64,000 nt of DNA from Giardia intestinalis (taxonomy: Eukaryota). Shown piece by piece: positions 51,901 to 64,000 of the stretch. The stretch lies in assembly GCA_000002435.2 (NCBI GenBank), contig CM018790.1; one strand, given 5' to 3'. Both the position numbers and the translations under genes were made by a program. The stretch's first letter is position 1, and every line of letters begins with the position of its first letter. A model generated the notes under the pieces. The model saw only the letters and a list, made by a program, of their open reading frames with translations, was not told the DNA's origin and made no database searches.

Positions 51901-54900
51901 GTTGCCAAGCTTCACGTCACGGCTAAGAAAGCCTATGGCATGGAGATGCGCCAGCCCAGACGCTGCCTGAAAGAGGAGAAAAAGCACTTCTTCCTCAGTC
52001 ATTTGCCTGTTGAACACCGATCTGCGCAAATTAAGAAGGGAACCACCCTTGCAGTAATTGAGTAAGATGAAGAGATGAAGCGTCTCTTCCGTTGCGTTGA
52101 GTGCAGTCCGATATCTTTCGGCCCAACAGTGGTGGTACTGGACTATGTTTTGATGCCGAAGTTTCTCCAGGACAGTCACCTCAGAGAGCGCCTTAAGCAG
52201 CCATGGTCGCGACGCTCCAACAGATATGATCTTGATGGCGTACACACCCAGCTCTACAGCATTGAGTTGGTGGCGCACACGGTAAACTGTGCCAAAGCTT
52301 CCTGAGCCTATGCACCCAAGCTGCCTAAAGAAATGTTTATAGTAGCTTCTGCGTGAGCTTTCAACCGCTGTTTGCAGAAGCTTAAAGTAAAGCTGAGCTA
52401 GCATGTAGGGTCGCTGACAGGTGGGGCAAACTGGGACGTCAATAAGTCTCTGCACATATGTCTTGGGGATCTTATCGGACCTGGTGAAGGGTGTGTGCTT
52501 GCGAACCTCTGATAAGAGAGTGTTTTTGGTACTATCTGTAGTGTTCGAGACACTGGGAGACTGGTCAGTGTCAGAACGCGCGGTCAGACTGAGGGCATTC
52601 CTGATGTCTGTCGATGTCATGCCCTGGGCCCCCGTAGTAAACTGCGCCAGCTCGTCATTGCTTTCTTCTGTGACCAGTAGTGCAGACATGCCTTGCTTGC
52701 TCCCCTTTAACGATCTCATCTTGATGGACACAAGTCTTTACCGATCGGCGATCCAGAATTGTCAAATCGCTAATGAATTTTTGACTGTACAAAGCATGGC
52801 TCGGGGAGTTCGTCGCCAATCTGGTACAGATGGAGGTCAACCTGCCCGTTGTTATGAACAGTGATCACCTTAGTAGTGTTGCTGGGGTCATTGGGCTGCG
52901 AATCCTGTGCAATCACAACATTTATTGAGCCAAATTGACAGCTCGGGGCAACAGTATACAGAGTATCTTGGTAAGGAATGTCGAAAGAACTACACCTGAC
53001 AGATGTGAGGGACGCTTCAGAGAAACTGACCGGTTGCCCATTCTCATGATAGGTCAACGTAACACTTCCTGACAGGCCCCGATTCGTCAGAGATAGAGTC
53101 ACAGGCGTGGCAGCCCCTTGAATAAGCGCTTTAATAGGCACACAGATAAGATATGGGCCTGCAGTTGTCGTGCCATTATAAGCAACTAGAAGGACCAGAG
53201 ACTGCAAGCTAACGATGGGAGCGGTATTGCTCCAGTAAATAGACGCTCTGCCAGTAGTATACACGACTGCATTAGACGAGGAGAGGTTTATTGCTAGGAG
53301 TTCAGTAGAGTTGGTTATTATGACGTCTCCACTGACGCTCTCCATGTACACAGGTCCCAGCAAAGACATGTTGATGCTTCTGGAATGGTTCCAGACTTGC
53401 AGGCTCGACACACTGGATTGTAGAGACAAGGAGACCTCCATGGGAACAGAAGCCAGTGTCATGTTAACAGCCGCCGCCTTACCCGACTCCACTGAGAAAA
53501 GAGTGGCTGGACTGTGAAAATAATGACCCTCCAGACTTATATTACTGGCGATATAATCACACTTAAAGCCCATTGAGGCGCTTGCTAACGTCACGTTTCG
53601 TTTGTATGACGTACCATCCACAAGAGAATCGTTCACGGCATATAAAAAGTTACGAGATGCGTTTGAAGAAGGTGGTTCGCAAGCGAACCCACAGAATGTG
53701 AACAAAGCAGTGACATGATTATCTATAAAAAGGCTCAAATCTGATACGACAAAATCAGCTGTAACCTCGCCACTCCTGAATGCGGTATCTGTGGTGGGTG
53801 GGGCTGCTACGTCATCTGCGAAGCTAGAGGCTAACAGTTGCTCGGGGATCTTCCGGCAAGTTACCATTACTGCAATGAGCCACCCCATCGTACAGACTAG
53901 GAAAAGAGGTAGCAGAAGGCCAAAGAAGCAGATGAGTTGCACCTTTCTGAAGTCTTTTTCCCGGGCTGTCAGATCCTCGACATTTATCCTGTTGTCTTGC
54001 AAGTCAGGCATGAGGTTTTTAAGATGGTTGTTGGTTGCCGGTCAGTGCACGCTGCTTTATGGAACCCAGCACATTTACTTTTAATGCACATAGTGAGCTC
54101 CGACGCGGAGATGCACTCACTTGTTGGCTCGGCGCTTGTTGCTCAGAGAGAGACCTCCAACAATACCCCCTATGATCCCTGCCACCACCGCCACAGCAGC
54201 CACGGTAGCCCCTGCGATGATTGGTGCGTTGCGCTTCATAAATGTTTTATAGTCTTCACGCTGGCTAAGGGCAGTTTCCAGAGTTGCATAATCTACAAGA
54301 ACCCCCCTTTTGACCAGGGAGTCCCTTGTGTGTGCCTTCTCGTCATACTTCCTGCTCTCCTGGAGCAAGGAGATATAGAGCTCCAGGCGAAAGTCAAAGC
54401 TCTCACATATGTCATAGAAGCTAAAGTACTTTGTGAGCGAGTCTTTAGGATCTACGAATGTTATTGCTTTACTAAAGTCTATGAAGCGTCCCGAGGCGAT
54501 CTTTTCATAGTAACTTTTAGGCTCGGTAGACTTCGTTGGAAATGACGTGTCCTTCATGATGATATTGTAGAGCCCATCGTGTGTGCGCACAAAGGAGATC
54601 CCAGCCGAGAAGTGTCTGAAGAGACTCAGTATATCTGCATCATTAATGTCGAGGGAAGTGGAAGCGGTTATGGTGTTGGGAGCCGGGGAGAGTGTGGGCC
54701 CAGATGGCGAACCGCAACCATCTGTGTCACTAGATGCTCGTGCCGATAGTGACATAGATGGAGATGACGATCCTTGTTGCTGTTGCTGCTGTTGTGCTTG
54801 GCGAGACCACTTGAATATCCCTTTAGTTTGCTTCAGAAAGCTGTTAGATATCACCGCTAATAGGCTCGTCACACACGCAAAATTAATGGAATAATCGACG

Positions 54901-57900
54901 AGACGCGGGATGAACTGCTCGACCTTTGTGAATGCGTTCTTGATAGTCGTAGTTATGTAATCATCATCCTGTGTCATGGGCGCATCTGTGATGGGGCGGA
55001 ACGTGGCAATATTCAATATTGCGTTCTCGTCAATTGAGGGGTGATATGGCGATTCGCATACTGAGCCCTTGCTTAGGAGTAACATGTGATAGCCCGTATA
55101 AGTCGCTAGGGATGGCCTGGCCTGCTTTCCACACTCACCTCCAGTGGCATCTTCAACTACTTGTTCAGTGTTAGGCATAGCAGGTACGTAGTTGCTAAAG
55201 ATGTGGGGAAGATAGAGCCGTGCACCCAAACTGAAGCTTGTGGCAGAAAGGAAGAGAGCAAACTGAATCCCTCCTGCCACAAGCGCGTCTAGGAAGCGCG
55301 AGCGCCCGTAGGGCGTACCTGAAAGGGAGATGCACCCAGTCATTACAGCCGCGGTCTGGATTGCTTGGCATGTAATCCCGATGGACGGATGATTGCCAAT
55401 GATGGCATACAGCTCTGCATCAACCATGCGCATGACCGGCTCGAAGGCAAGACCAACAGTAGCAACCATGACTCTATTGTCTGGGTGCAAGAACGGAAAT
55501 AGCGTGGAGCGACTTATCTCCAAAGCCAGGTGAAGCAATTCGGGATAGGGAATTGTGAACATAGTCTGGAAGTTGAAGCGCTCAGCAAAGGCACTGCCAT
55601 ACGGCTGATAGTTATCGGAGGATTCTACATATAACCCCGTTTCATCTGCAACAAAAGCAGTAAGAAGGTCTACCATTTCAGCAGAGTCTGGGTAAAGATA
55701 TTCATCCTTGAGCGCAGCATAGTAGAGTGCTTCTAGAACATACGTGTACCCTTGAAAATAGCATTTGAAGGTCAAGTTTTGGAAAAGTGTGTCCACTATT
55801 ATCCGTTCCAATATGCTCTGGTGAAGGCGCACAAACGAGTGAGGGAACTCTCTGCCTATTTTTGTCTTGTACTCCTGCTTGTGCTTACTGGACGTCAGAT
55901 CGTTATAGACGTCCACGGTTCCTTTCTGAAAGAAGGTCCAAAGAGATCGTAGGCAATCTAAATGAATTTGCTCATAGTCCTGCTGATTTTCCTTTGTGTA
56001 GACCTCAAACTGTGCGTAGTTCTTACAGACGCCATTGCCCAAGACCAGAAAGTATTGCTCAAGTCTGGCTGCGCGGCTCACGGGTGGCGTTGTTGCGAGC
56101 GTACATCCCGGCGCAACATCACCAATGCGATTTAATGGCATTGGGCTTTATGGCCTAATTAATTATTTCAAAACAATTAATGCCTCAGGGCGATTACATC
56201 CGTCTTTGGCAGAAGCGCTTCGGCCGACGGTTGGATTACGAAGAGCGCAAGCGCAAGCGCGAAGCCCGTGAGCCAAAGGTGCTTGCCAAGAAAGCGCAAA
56301 ATCTCATAGGAATTAAGGCAAAGCTCTTTGCAGAGAATCGTCGAAAGGAGAAGATCCAGATGAAGAAACTTATCAATCAGCATGCAGAGCGCAACGCCAA
56401 GCGGAAATCAGAAGAGCCCGTGCGGGAGGGGGCCGTCCCGGCGTATCTGCTTGACCGAACCCAGGAAAACCGGGCTAAGGTTCTCTCTAACTTGGTCAAG
56501 CAGAAAAAGAAGGCACGCGCTGGCAAGTGGGACGTCCCTATTCCGAAGGTGCAGCCTGTTACAGAAGAGGAAGTTTTCAAGGTGTTACGGTCTGGAAAGC
56601 GGCGCAGAAAGCAGTGGAAACGCGTCATCACGAAGGCTACGTTCGTGGGGCTTGGGTTCACGCGGAAAGCACCCAAGTACGAGCGCTTCATCCGACCTTC
56701 TGCGCTGCGCTACCGACACGCACACGTGGTGCATCCAGAGTTGAAGTCTACGCACATGCTCGAGATCATTGGGGTTAAGAAGAACCCCAGTTCGCATCTC
56801 TACACGGATCTTGGCGTGATGACGAAGGGAACTGTGATAGAGGTCAATGTAGCAGATCTCGGGCTTGTGACGCAGGGCGGCAAGGTCGTTTGGGGAAAGT
56901 ATGCGCAGATAACAAACCACCCGGAGCGTGATGGTTGCGTGAACGCCGTCCTCCTCGTTTGAGCTGCTAACAAACGGAACCATCACGTGAATCACTGTGA
57001 ACTTGAATACCTGTGGCCTTTTCCTGGGTCGCCTGTTTACTTGGCAGCACTCTGGAGGTTCTTCAGCACCTCAGCGAGCTTGTCCTCCGTTTCCTTCTGC
57101 TTTTTCTCAGCGTACGCAGCCGTAGACTTCAATACCCCTACATCCTTTTCTCCCTTAGCAATCTCCTCTTGGATCCCTGAAGCAATGGCCTCACGACTTC
57201 GTGCAACATAGCATCGTCCAACGGCCCTGTAAAGTGGCGCGCTCGGAACCTCGTCCAGGGCATTCAAGGTTATTCGCTTCATCTGGATGAGGGTGTTCAA
57301 CCCTTGAATCTGTGCCTTTAATTGATCTCCTTGACGCATGAACGATAGGAGAGTCTGCTGAGTGCTAAGAGCCTCCTTCTGCAAAGCCTGTACCTCTGTC
57401 GCCATCTGATTTTTAAGGACGCTATCACGATATAATTTTGCGGTGCTAACTAAAGACACTAGCTAGGTTTACTCCACCTGCTCAGGTTTCTGGTCAGCGG
57501 TTGCGCTTTTTGGGTCTGCGTCACCATACATCGTCTTGTAATGTTCCAGTGGAATTGTGCTTCCTGCTAACACCTCCTCGAGGATATAAACCGTCTCTTG
57601 TACATTCTCCAGCCACAAGCTCTTGTCGAGAATGTTGCCCTGTTCATCGAATCCGCTAAGGTTTCCATCAAGGCCGTGCAGCACAAAGCAGCCACGGACG
57701 TTCTTGTTGAGTGTGCGCTGTTCGTCGGCTGTTAAGGTCTCTGCCTCGTAAAGAGCAAGCCACTCTGCCTTGTTCTTCTCAACTCGCTCCTTCATGGAGC
57801 TATCGTTGGTCTTGTCAAACAGCAGCTTGTCGTAGTTTTCATCACAGTACTTATAGATGCTCTCCAGAGACCTCTCGACGCAGGAGTTGATAAGTTCTTG

Positions 57901-60900
57901 GTCGTAAGGTCGCCATATAGTGTTGAGGAGATTATCAACCAGAGACGCGTGGGTTGATTGATAGACAACCATCCCCGTGACGTTAATAATGTACAATCCG
58001 AATGATGAAGACTTGCCACCGTACTTGTGGGCTATCAAGTACCTTCCAGACGAGTCCCAGGAGCACCCGTCTACCACCTCTATCTCTGCAGAGGTCTTCT
58101 CTAAAGTACTAGTATTGATCACGATCAGAGCCTGCTCCTTTCTGTCATTGCGATTCAGCGCGACGAGGTAGTCGTTATAAGGAGAGAACATTACCTCTGA
58201 GGCCGTGATGCCCGGTATCTTCTTGATCTTTACGACCGCTGCCTTTCTGTTGGCATGATCGACAACTTCTCCAGAAACAATCTCTGGATAAACTGGCTTG
58301 CCAAGCTTGCAGGGGTAAAGTCCGTACTTTTCCTGGAGCGTGAAGATGTAGATGGCAGCCTGTCCGTCATTGAGGAGCATTTCGCGCTCATCAACGGCGT
58401 GCTTCATGAAGGAGTCCAGGGCCTTGAGAGAAAACTGCAAGGAATTAGCGTTGCTCTGCTTCTGCATCTTGATATACTTTCGGCTTTCTTCCTGGGCCTC
58501 TTTAGATGATCCAACAGGAATCGTAATGAAAGCAAGCATGGATCCGGTGGCAGCCCAGCACGCACTTTGAATGTAAAGGTTTTGGGGGAGCTCGAGCTGC
58601 TCCATTTTTACCACAAGGTCCCGGCGAAGAGGCTTCCTTTCCAGCCCCTTTGCGCCCGCAAGCTCTTGCAGTCTATCATAGGAGACACTCTCACTGTTTC
58701 CCTGGAGAATGATAACAAAGATAGTAGAGACTAAGTTTTGGTCGCTTTGGGACTCAGTGATAATTGCAAGACAACCACCATTTGCGCTCCAGAATAGCCG
58801 GCCATTGGTGATAAAGAAAGACCTCTGTGCAAGGACTCGCACACCAGAACGGCCGTGGCTGGGGACGTTCAAGTTGAGCACGTTGCAGACTGAAGGCTTT
58901 TGCTTGTCTGAAGACTTCTGATAGATAGCCACAATATCCTGACCGTGGCCGTTTGGGCTGAATAGGAGTGACGTGGTGTTCGGGTATGACAGGACTTCTT
59001 GGAGGCTTATTACATAGATTGCAGACTCGGTTAGCTGAACCTTATAGACAGATATCTGCTCATTGCTCATTAGCAAAATCAAGTTCCCAGTCGAGCTGAA
59101 CAAGACACGATCCTCGGGTCTTACTAAACTATCGTCGTTGTTCTTGTACGAATACAACTTCACATTGTTCAGTGTAGAGAGAATACGGCGCTCAATAATG
59201 GACCAGACAGATACGGTGATGTGCTTTGACTCCTCAAACTTCTGGTAGAGCCCAAATTCATCCTCAGCCTCGTCTACATCCTTGAGGAACTTGTCTAGAT
59301 CGTATTCGTCCAGCTCATCAACGTTAGCTGTGTAAGAAAACGTCAGCAGAAAACGCTCACACGGAGAGACCTTGAAGGACCTGATGAAGGTGTGAGTGTC
59401 CTGGCTGTCCGACTCGTGAGAAATGGTGATGGTCGTTCCGTTGTCATGAACCAAGACAATGCTTTCCTCATAATGGTATATGAAGTAGGTGCCCATTGGT
59501 GAGTAACTGACGTCGAGAAGCTTGTCAGCGCAAGGTTGTACGTTTATAATGGAAATATTCTCCCCGTTGAAAGCACACCGGCTCACATTGGTCTTTGTCA
59601 ACAGAAGAAATTCATGGTCTATGCGGCCAGAGAGAGGGAAGTAGAGGCGTCTGTGGCGCTCACTACAATCGATGGGCGTGTACGGTTGCGGAGTGTAGCT
59701 CTTGGGTAACTTGCGTAGCTCTTCCACGTAGCTATACTGGCGCACAGTGAGCGGATAATCATCTCCAAAGATACTGGTGTTGCCATTAAACTCTCTGACA
59801 CACTTCTCGGCGCCGCTGGGATTAACAAACCGGATAAGACAGAAACCGCTACAGGCGTCGTTTGCGTCCAGTGGAATCTGAATATGCTCAGTTTCTGCCA
59901 CGTCGCCAGACTTCTTGACAATGTGCTCGTAAACATATTTGAGGAGCCGCTTCCTTTTGCTAGCCTCTGGAGTCGGCAGTCCACTTATGATAACTATGCA
60001 GCTAAGGTCACTAACCATCTTTGGTTCCGGGGTCTTAAACGTGGCATTAAATGCCTCCAAGACCTCCTTGTTGCTCGTTAGCATGCACCGTTTTCAATAA
60101 AATTCGGGAAGAATTAAAATAAATTGCATTAAAGTGTAAGAAAAATTCCAATGTGTATAAATCACACAGAACGTCTGGCGACAAATGACCAAGGGGGTAA
60201 AAGAGTCTTGAAGAAAAGGACCTTGAAGAAAGGGGTCTTGAAGCATGCTAGACCACTTTGCTTTCTCCTTATTACCTCCGACCCAGCGTACAATCACTTG
60301 CGACAGCTTTGCATAAGACTAGCGACCTTTAAGAAATATATCGGCAAGGTTATTTCGCTACCAGATTCGCCTGCAGTTACCGCTGCTGCTAATTCAGAAG
60401 ATTCAGAACGACATAGCGGGACAATACCTGATCCCCATGACCTATTGCAACGTGCACGGAAAGAACTGCGACAGGTAGCAGCAATAGTACAAGATGGTAG
60501 TCTTATAGCCGAAATTGCATCTGCATCCACGCAAGGGAATAGAGTATTTCTATACACACTAAAGGAGATTGCGCAGAGCACCTTTTACTTTTTTCTGTGG
60601 TATATTTTGTAGCATATCAAAGTTGGAACAAGAGCAGCACCCGCATCTCATTCAAAGCAGCGCATGGAAATGGAAACTCTGTGCTTTGGAGCTTATCCTG
60701 GCCAGTAATACCTTAGTTGGCTGGACACTGGATCAAGCAATTTCAGTGACAGCATCGACCATGTTCTCTGGCACGCTACTGACAGCTCAGGAATGGATAC
60801 TTTCAAGAGTAATACACTATGCATTGACCAGTCCTAATGCAGGGGCAAGTCTAGGCACTGACATAGATGCAGATGCAGGTACAAATACAGATGTGCACAT

Positions 60901-63900
60901 TCGTGATCATTCAATTAATATTCTACACCCTGTGATGGAGCTTATCACCTCCAATCAACCGTTACTGGGATTAGATCCCATACGGACAATCCATATAATG
61001 TGCGCCTATATGTCAGTTATGTTCGATAACAAATTTCAGTTCTCTGCTACATATTCAAAGGAGTTTGGAACAGTCTTACTGCGATGCACTCGACACTTCG
61101 CTTCCGGTGCATTATCAGCAAGATACTTGTCAGAGTTATCTAAGCTGATTTTTCTGCACATGCAGAACTCTAATGCCATCACTGCACTAGTAACTTCGTC
61201 TCAGTGTTTGCTGGACATGATATCTAAATGGTTAAGGCAGATCTTATTGTCGGGGCACAATACAAACAACATCTGTATCCTTATTTCCTTGATTTTTAGC
61301 ACCCCGATACAGATTGCCGGCTGCAACACGATAGAGAGGTACCGAAATGGCTTATTAAACGATGTGCTGGAGTATCTGGATGATGACGTTCTTCAAATAA
61401 TAAGGGTAGCAATAAAATTAGACGGTTGCCAAGCATGCGCACACATCAATGGATTACTGGAGATGCTCATCACTATTGATGTGGTGCAAATCGTTAACAG
61501 GGTATCCCTAGAAACAATTTCAAATGCCATTTCCTTATTGTGTGAAGTAGTACGGGTTGGTGTGGTGGCTCAGCGCACTGAGTCCCAGTTTCAACGTGGC
61601 TCTTGGATGGATCTGCTTGCCATCACAAATGCAAGCGTATTATTGTCCATGATGCTCATCTGCTTGGTGGATAGCGAGAGAAGAGATCATGGCCTGACGA
61701 TACTCCTCGAACTAATGAAGGTAACAGGCAGCAGTGTGCAAGAGTTAGAAGAGTTTCTGATACTTCAAATTATGCGGTTTAAGGCCTGTCATCAGGCCGT
61801 TAATGCGCTAGATGAGGATAGGATGCTGATGCTAAGTGTGTTACAAAACCGTATTTCTATGGTTCTTTCTAGCTGTGCCTCGCCATCTAGACCGGTTAAG
61901 GCGCGGGAAGCAGGTTCATCCAAAAGCTTTTATATTGAGCGGCCGAGCTGAGCGCAGAGGAATCCCGCAATTGCCAAGATACGTCTGATACCCGCTTTCC
62001 ACGACGCTCTTGAGTGTTGCTTTTGCTTCGTCAGTAAGCTCTGCTCTGAGAGATGCGATTACTAACTGAACATCTTGATCTGTGATTTGTCCTAGAGAGA
62101 GAAAGATATCACTAAGAAGAACTAGTGTGAGAAACCCCCTACACGAGTTAGCAACACGAGCAGAACGCACCGAAGAAGATGACAGCAATAGAGACGTCAT
62201 CAACCCAAGGGTTGCAGATAAGTAGCTGGGCACCCGCAAAAAGAGTTGCACAATGGTGTTGCACCTGCATGCCTGAATAATGTTTGTGACAGCCAGCTCG
62301 TCGCAAAACTTTTGCCGCTTCTTGTCTGTCCCACATGCCAAGGGCTGTACGAGGGAGAATACGGAATAGATCTCGCTCGCAATAGCAGATAGAAGATTGA
62401 CGTCGCTTATCCTTGGAAGAGGCCCTATCTGTGGTGATCTTATTAAACGAGAGATGGCACTACTCAACAGCCGCTGACAAAAAATAAGCCCTGTCAATCT
62501 GTCATCTACAATTGGATTTTCAGAAAAAAATTGATGGCCATTATTATCTGCGTCCAGTAGCACTGACAGTTTTACCGATGCCCGCAAACCTTGCAAGAGA
62601 GCGCGCAAGGAGAGAACACTTCCCGCATGAAGACCGTCCCCTGGTTCAATAGCTCCACAGCATAAGTTTTCGATTGCAAGTACGGCTATGCACGCAGGCA
62701 GGAGACAGTTATCACCAATGCTAATGAATATTTCTAATGCGTTAGCCAAATTAGTCAGCACGTCCAACACCTGCTCTTGTGTCACATGCATGGCCAGCCG
62801 GGCAACAATGGCAATGGCCATGCTGATGATGTATGCTGAATTAGACGCAATATATGGAAGGACGCAGTTCAGCAGCGAAACGTATTGTTCCTGGTAAGAC
62901 GTATCCGACTGTAGAAGAGTGATACTTCCAAGCGAGCTCCCCAGTGAGCTTCTACTGGTCAGCTGGTGTGTGTTTCCCGACGAAGCCGTGAGAAGAATGG
63001 AACTATCAGACATGCCAGGCTTAATAGGCTGATCGGCTTGTGCTGTGTTCCGAGGATATGGAACGGTGTTGTGTAAAATTTGTCTGTCTATTTTGGTTGT
63101 GTACTTGGGAAAACTGAGAGTAGAGCTGCAAACGACCACTACCTGGACATTATCCACTAAATTGCCTATTCCAGCTTGAGAGGCTAGTGTGTCAAAGAAC
63201 AGCAAGGTGTCGTGCACGGTCTGCTCTGTAAGCTCGTAGAGCTGCTCATAGACAACGCTCCGCCACTGGTTGACGAGTGCTCTCATCCAAAACCAACAGT
63301 TAGTGAGGTGATTTTATAGTTTGCAGGATTTACTTAGGAACGTTGAGTCTGGCCTGGCTCTGCTCTGCTCTGCCTTGCCTTATTCTACATTGCTATGATC
63401 CACGTTGATTACAGATTACACACTACCTCCATGGACTAGCTCTCGGGCGGTCATTTGACCCCAGAGGGAAACAACGTTCTCGGCTTGCGCTTTGTGCACC
63501 GGTAGGTAGTTCTTCGAGGACATAACGACGTTGTCGACGATGACATCAACCGATTCCTCGTTGTTTTGGCTAATCAACGCGTCTTGGTTAGAGATAACCT
63601 CTTCGTTCTTCATATATGGTTGGACGTTGACGAGCTCGTCAAGGCAGCTATCGTCGCTGAGCTCTTTGAAGACGTCATCTACTGCGCCTGCGCTCCTCAT
63701 CCGCAAGTGCTTGTGTCTAGAAAGTCGTCTAACAGGATACATATCGAAATTCTGAACGAGAAGATGATCCCTTAGCTGAGGAGAGGCCACATCCCCCGCT
63801 GAATATAGTGGCTCGTTGGCATCTCCTCCCAGCTCCGGAGTAAGGTGTCCTTGTCCCCGCTTTAACCCCTTATGTTTTAGAGATACTATTCCCTGCTGAG

Positions 63901-64000
63901 CGACCTTGTGGGAACTCTGCCGCTGATGCCGCTGCTTCTTGTGGAAACGTGAAGATGGTATAGCTAGCGAAGGTACAACTAGTGGATTGGTTTCTATGGC

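Overview
The window is a compact segment of a Giardia intestinalis (lamblia) nuclear chromosome, about 49% GC. Three features identify the organism: a variant-specific surface protein (VSP) ending in the CRGKA tail, an alpha-giardin annexin, and a 1253-aa pyruvate:ferredoxin oxidoreductase. Genes are tightly packed on both strands and appear intron-free, with very short AT-rich initiator regions; several 3' ends overlap. About 40 protein genes are present. Housekeeping genes I can recognise include TRAPP Bet3, RPL15, eIF6, RPS3, SMC2 (condensin), PFOR, CorA/MRS2, PP2C, CFAP20/BUG22, NSA2 and eIF3b. The rest are Giardia-type family or hypothetical proteins: a high-cysteine membrane protein, Nek kinase, ankyrin 21.1-like proteins, alpha-giardin, a Wee1-like kinase and large hypotheticals. 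The most unusual structure is a pair of 1.65-kb inverted-repeat arms at 14638-16285 and 17702-19350. They match at every position I compared. Each arm carries an intact 200-aa VSP gene, arranged head-to-head, and together they flank a 1.4-kb unique spacer. The spacer holds a Nek-type kinase followed by a frameshifted, truncated ankyrin remnant. The inner repeat junction coincides with a canonical G-quadruplex motif. The outer right junction lies about 108 bp from a tRNA-Ala(CGC) gene. The highly expressed RPS3 gene ends about 210 bp upstream of the left arm and points into it. No CRISPR array, transposase or reverse-transcriptase signatures were seen. The ORF track allows TTG/GTG/CTG starts, so several listed starts are probably internal ATGs. 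The minus-strand gene at the right edge (63416->64000) continues out of the window.
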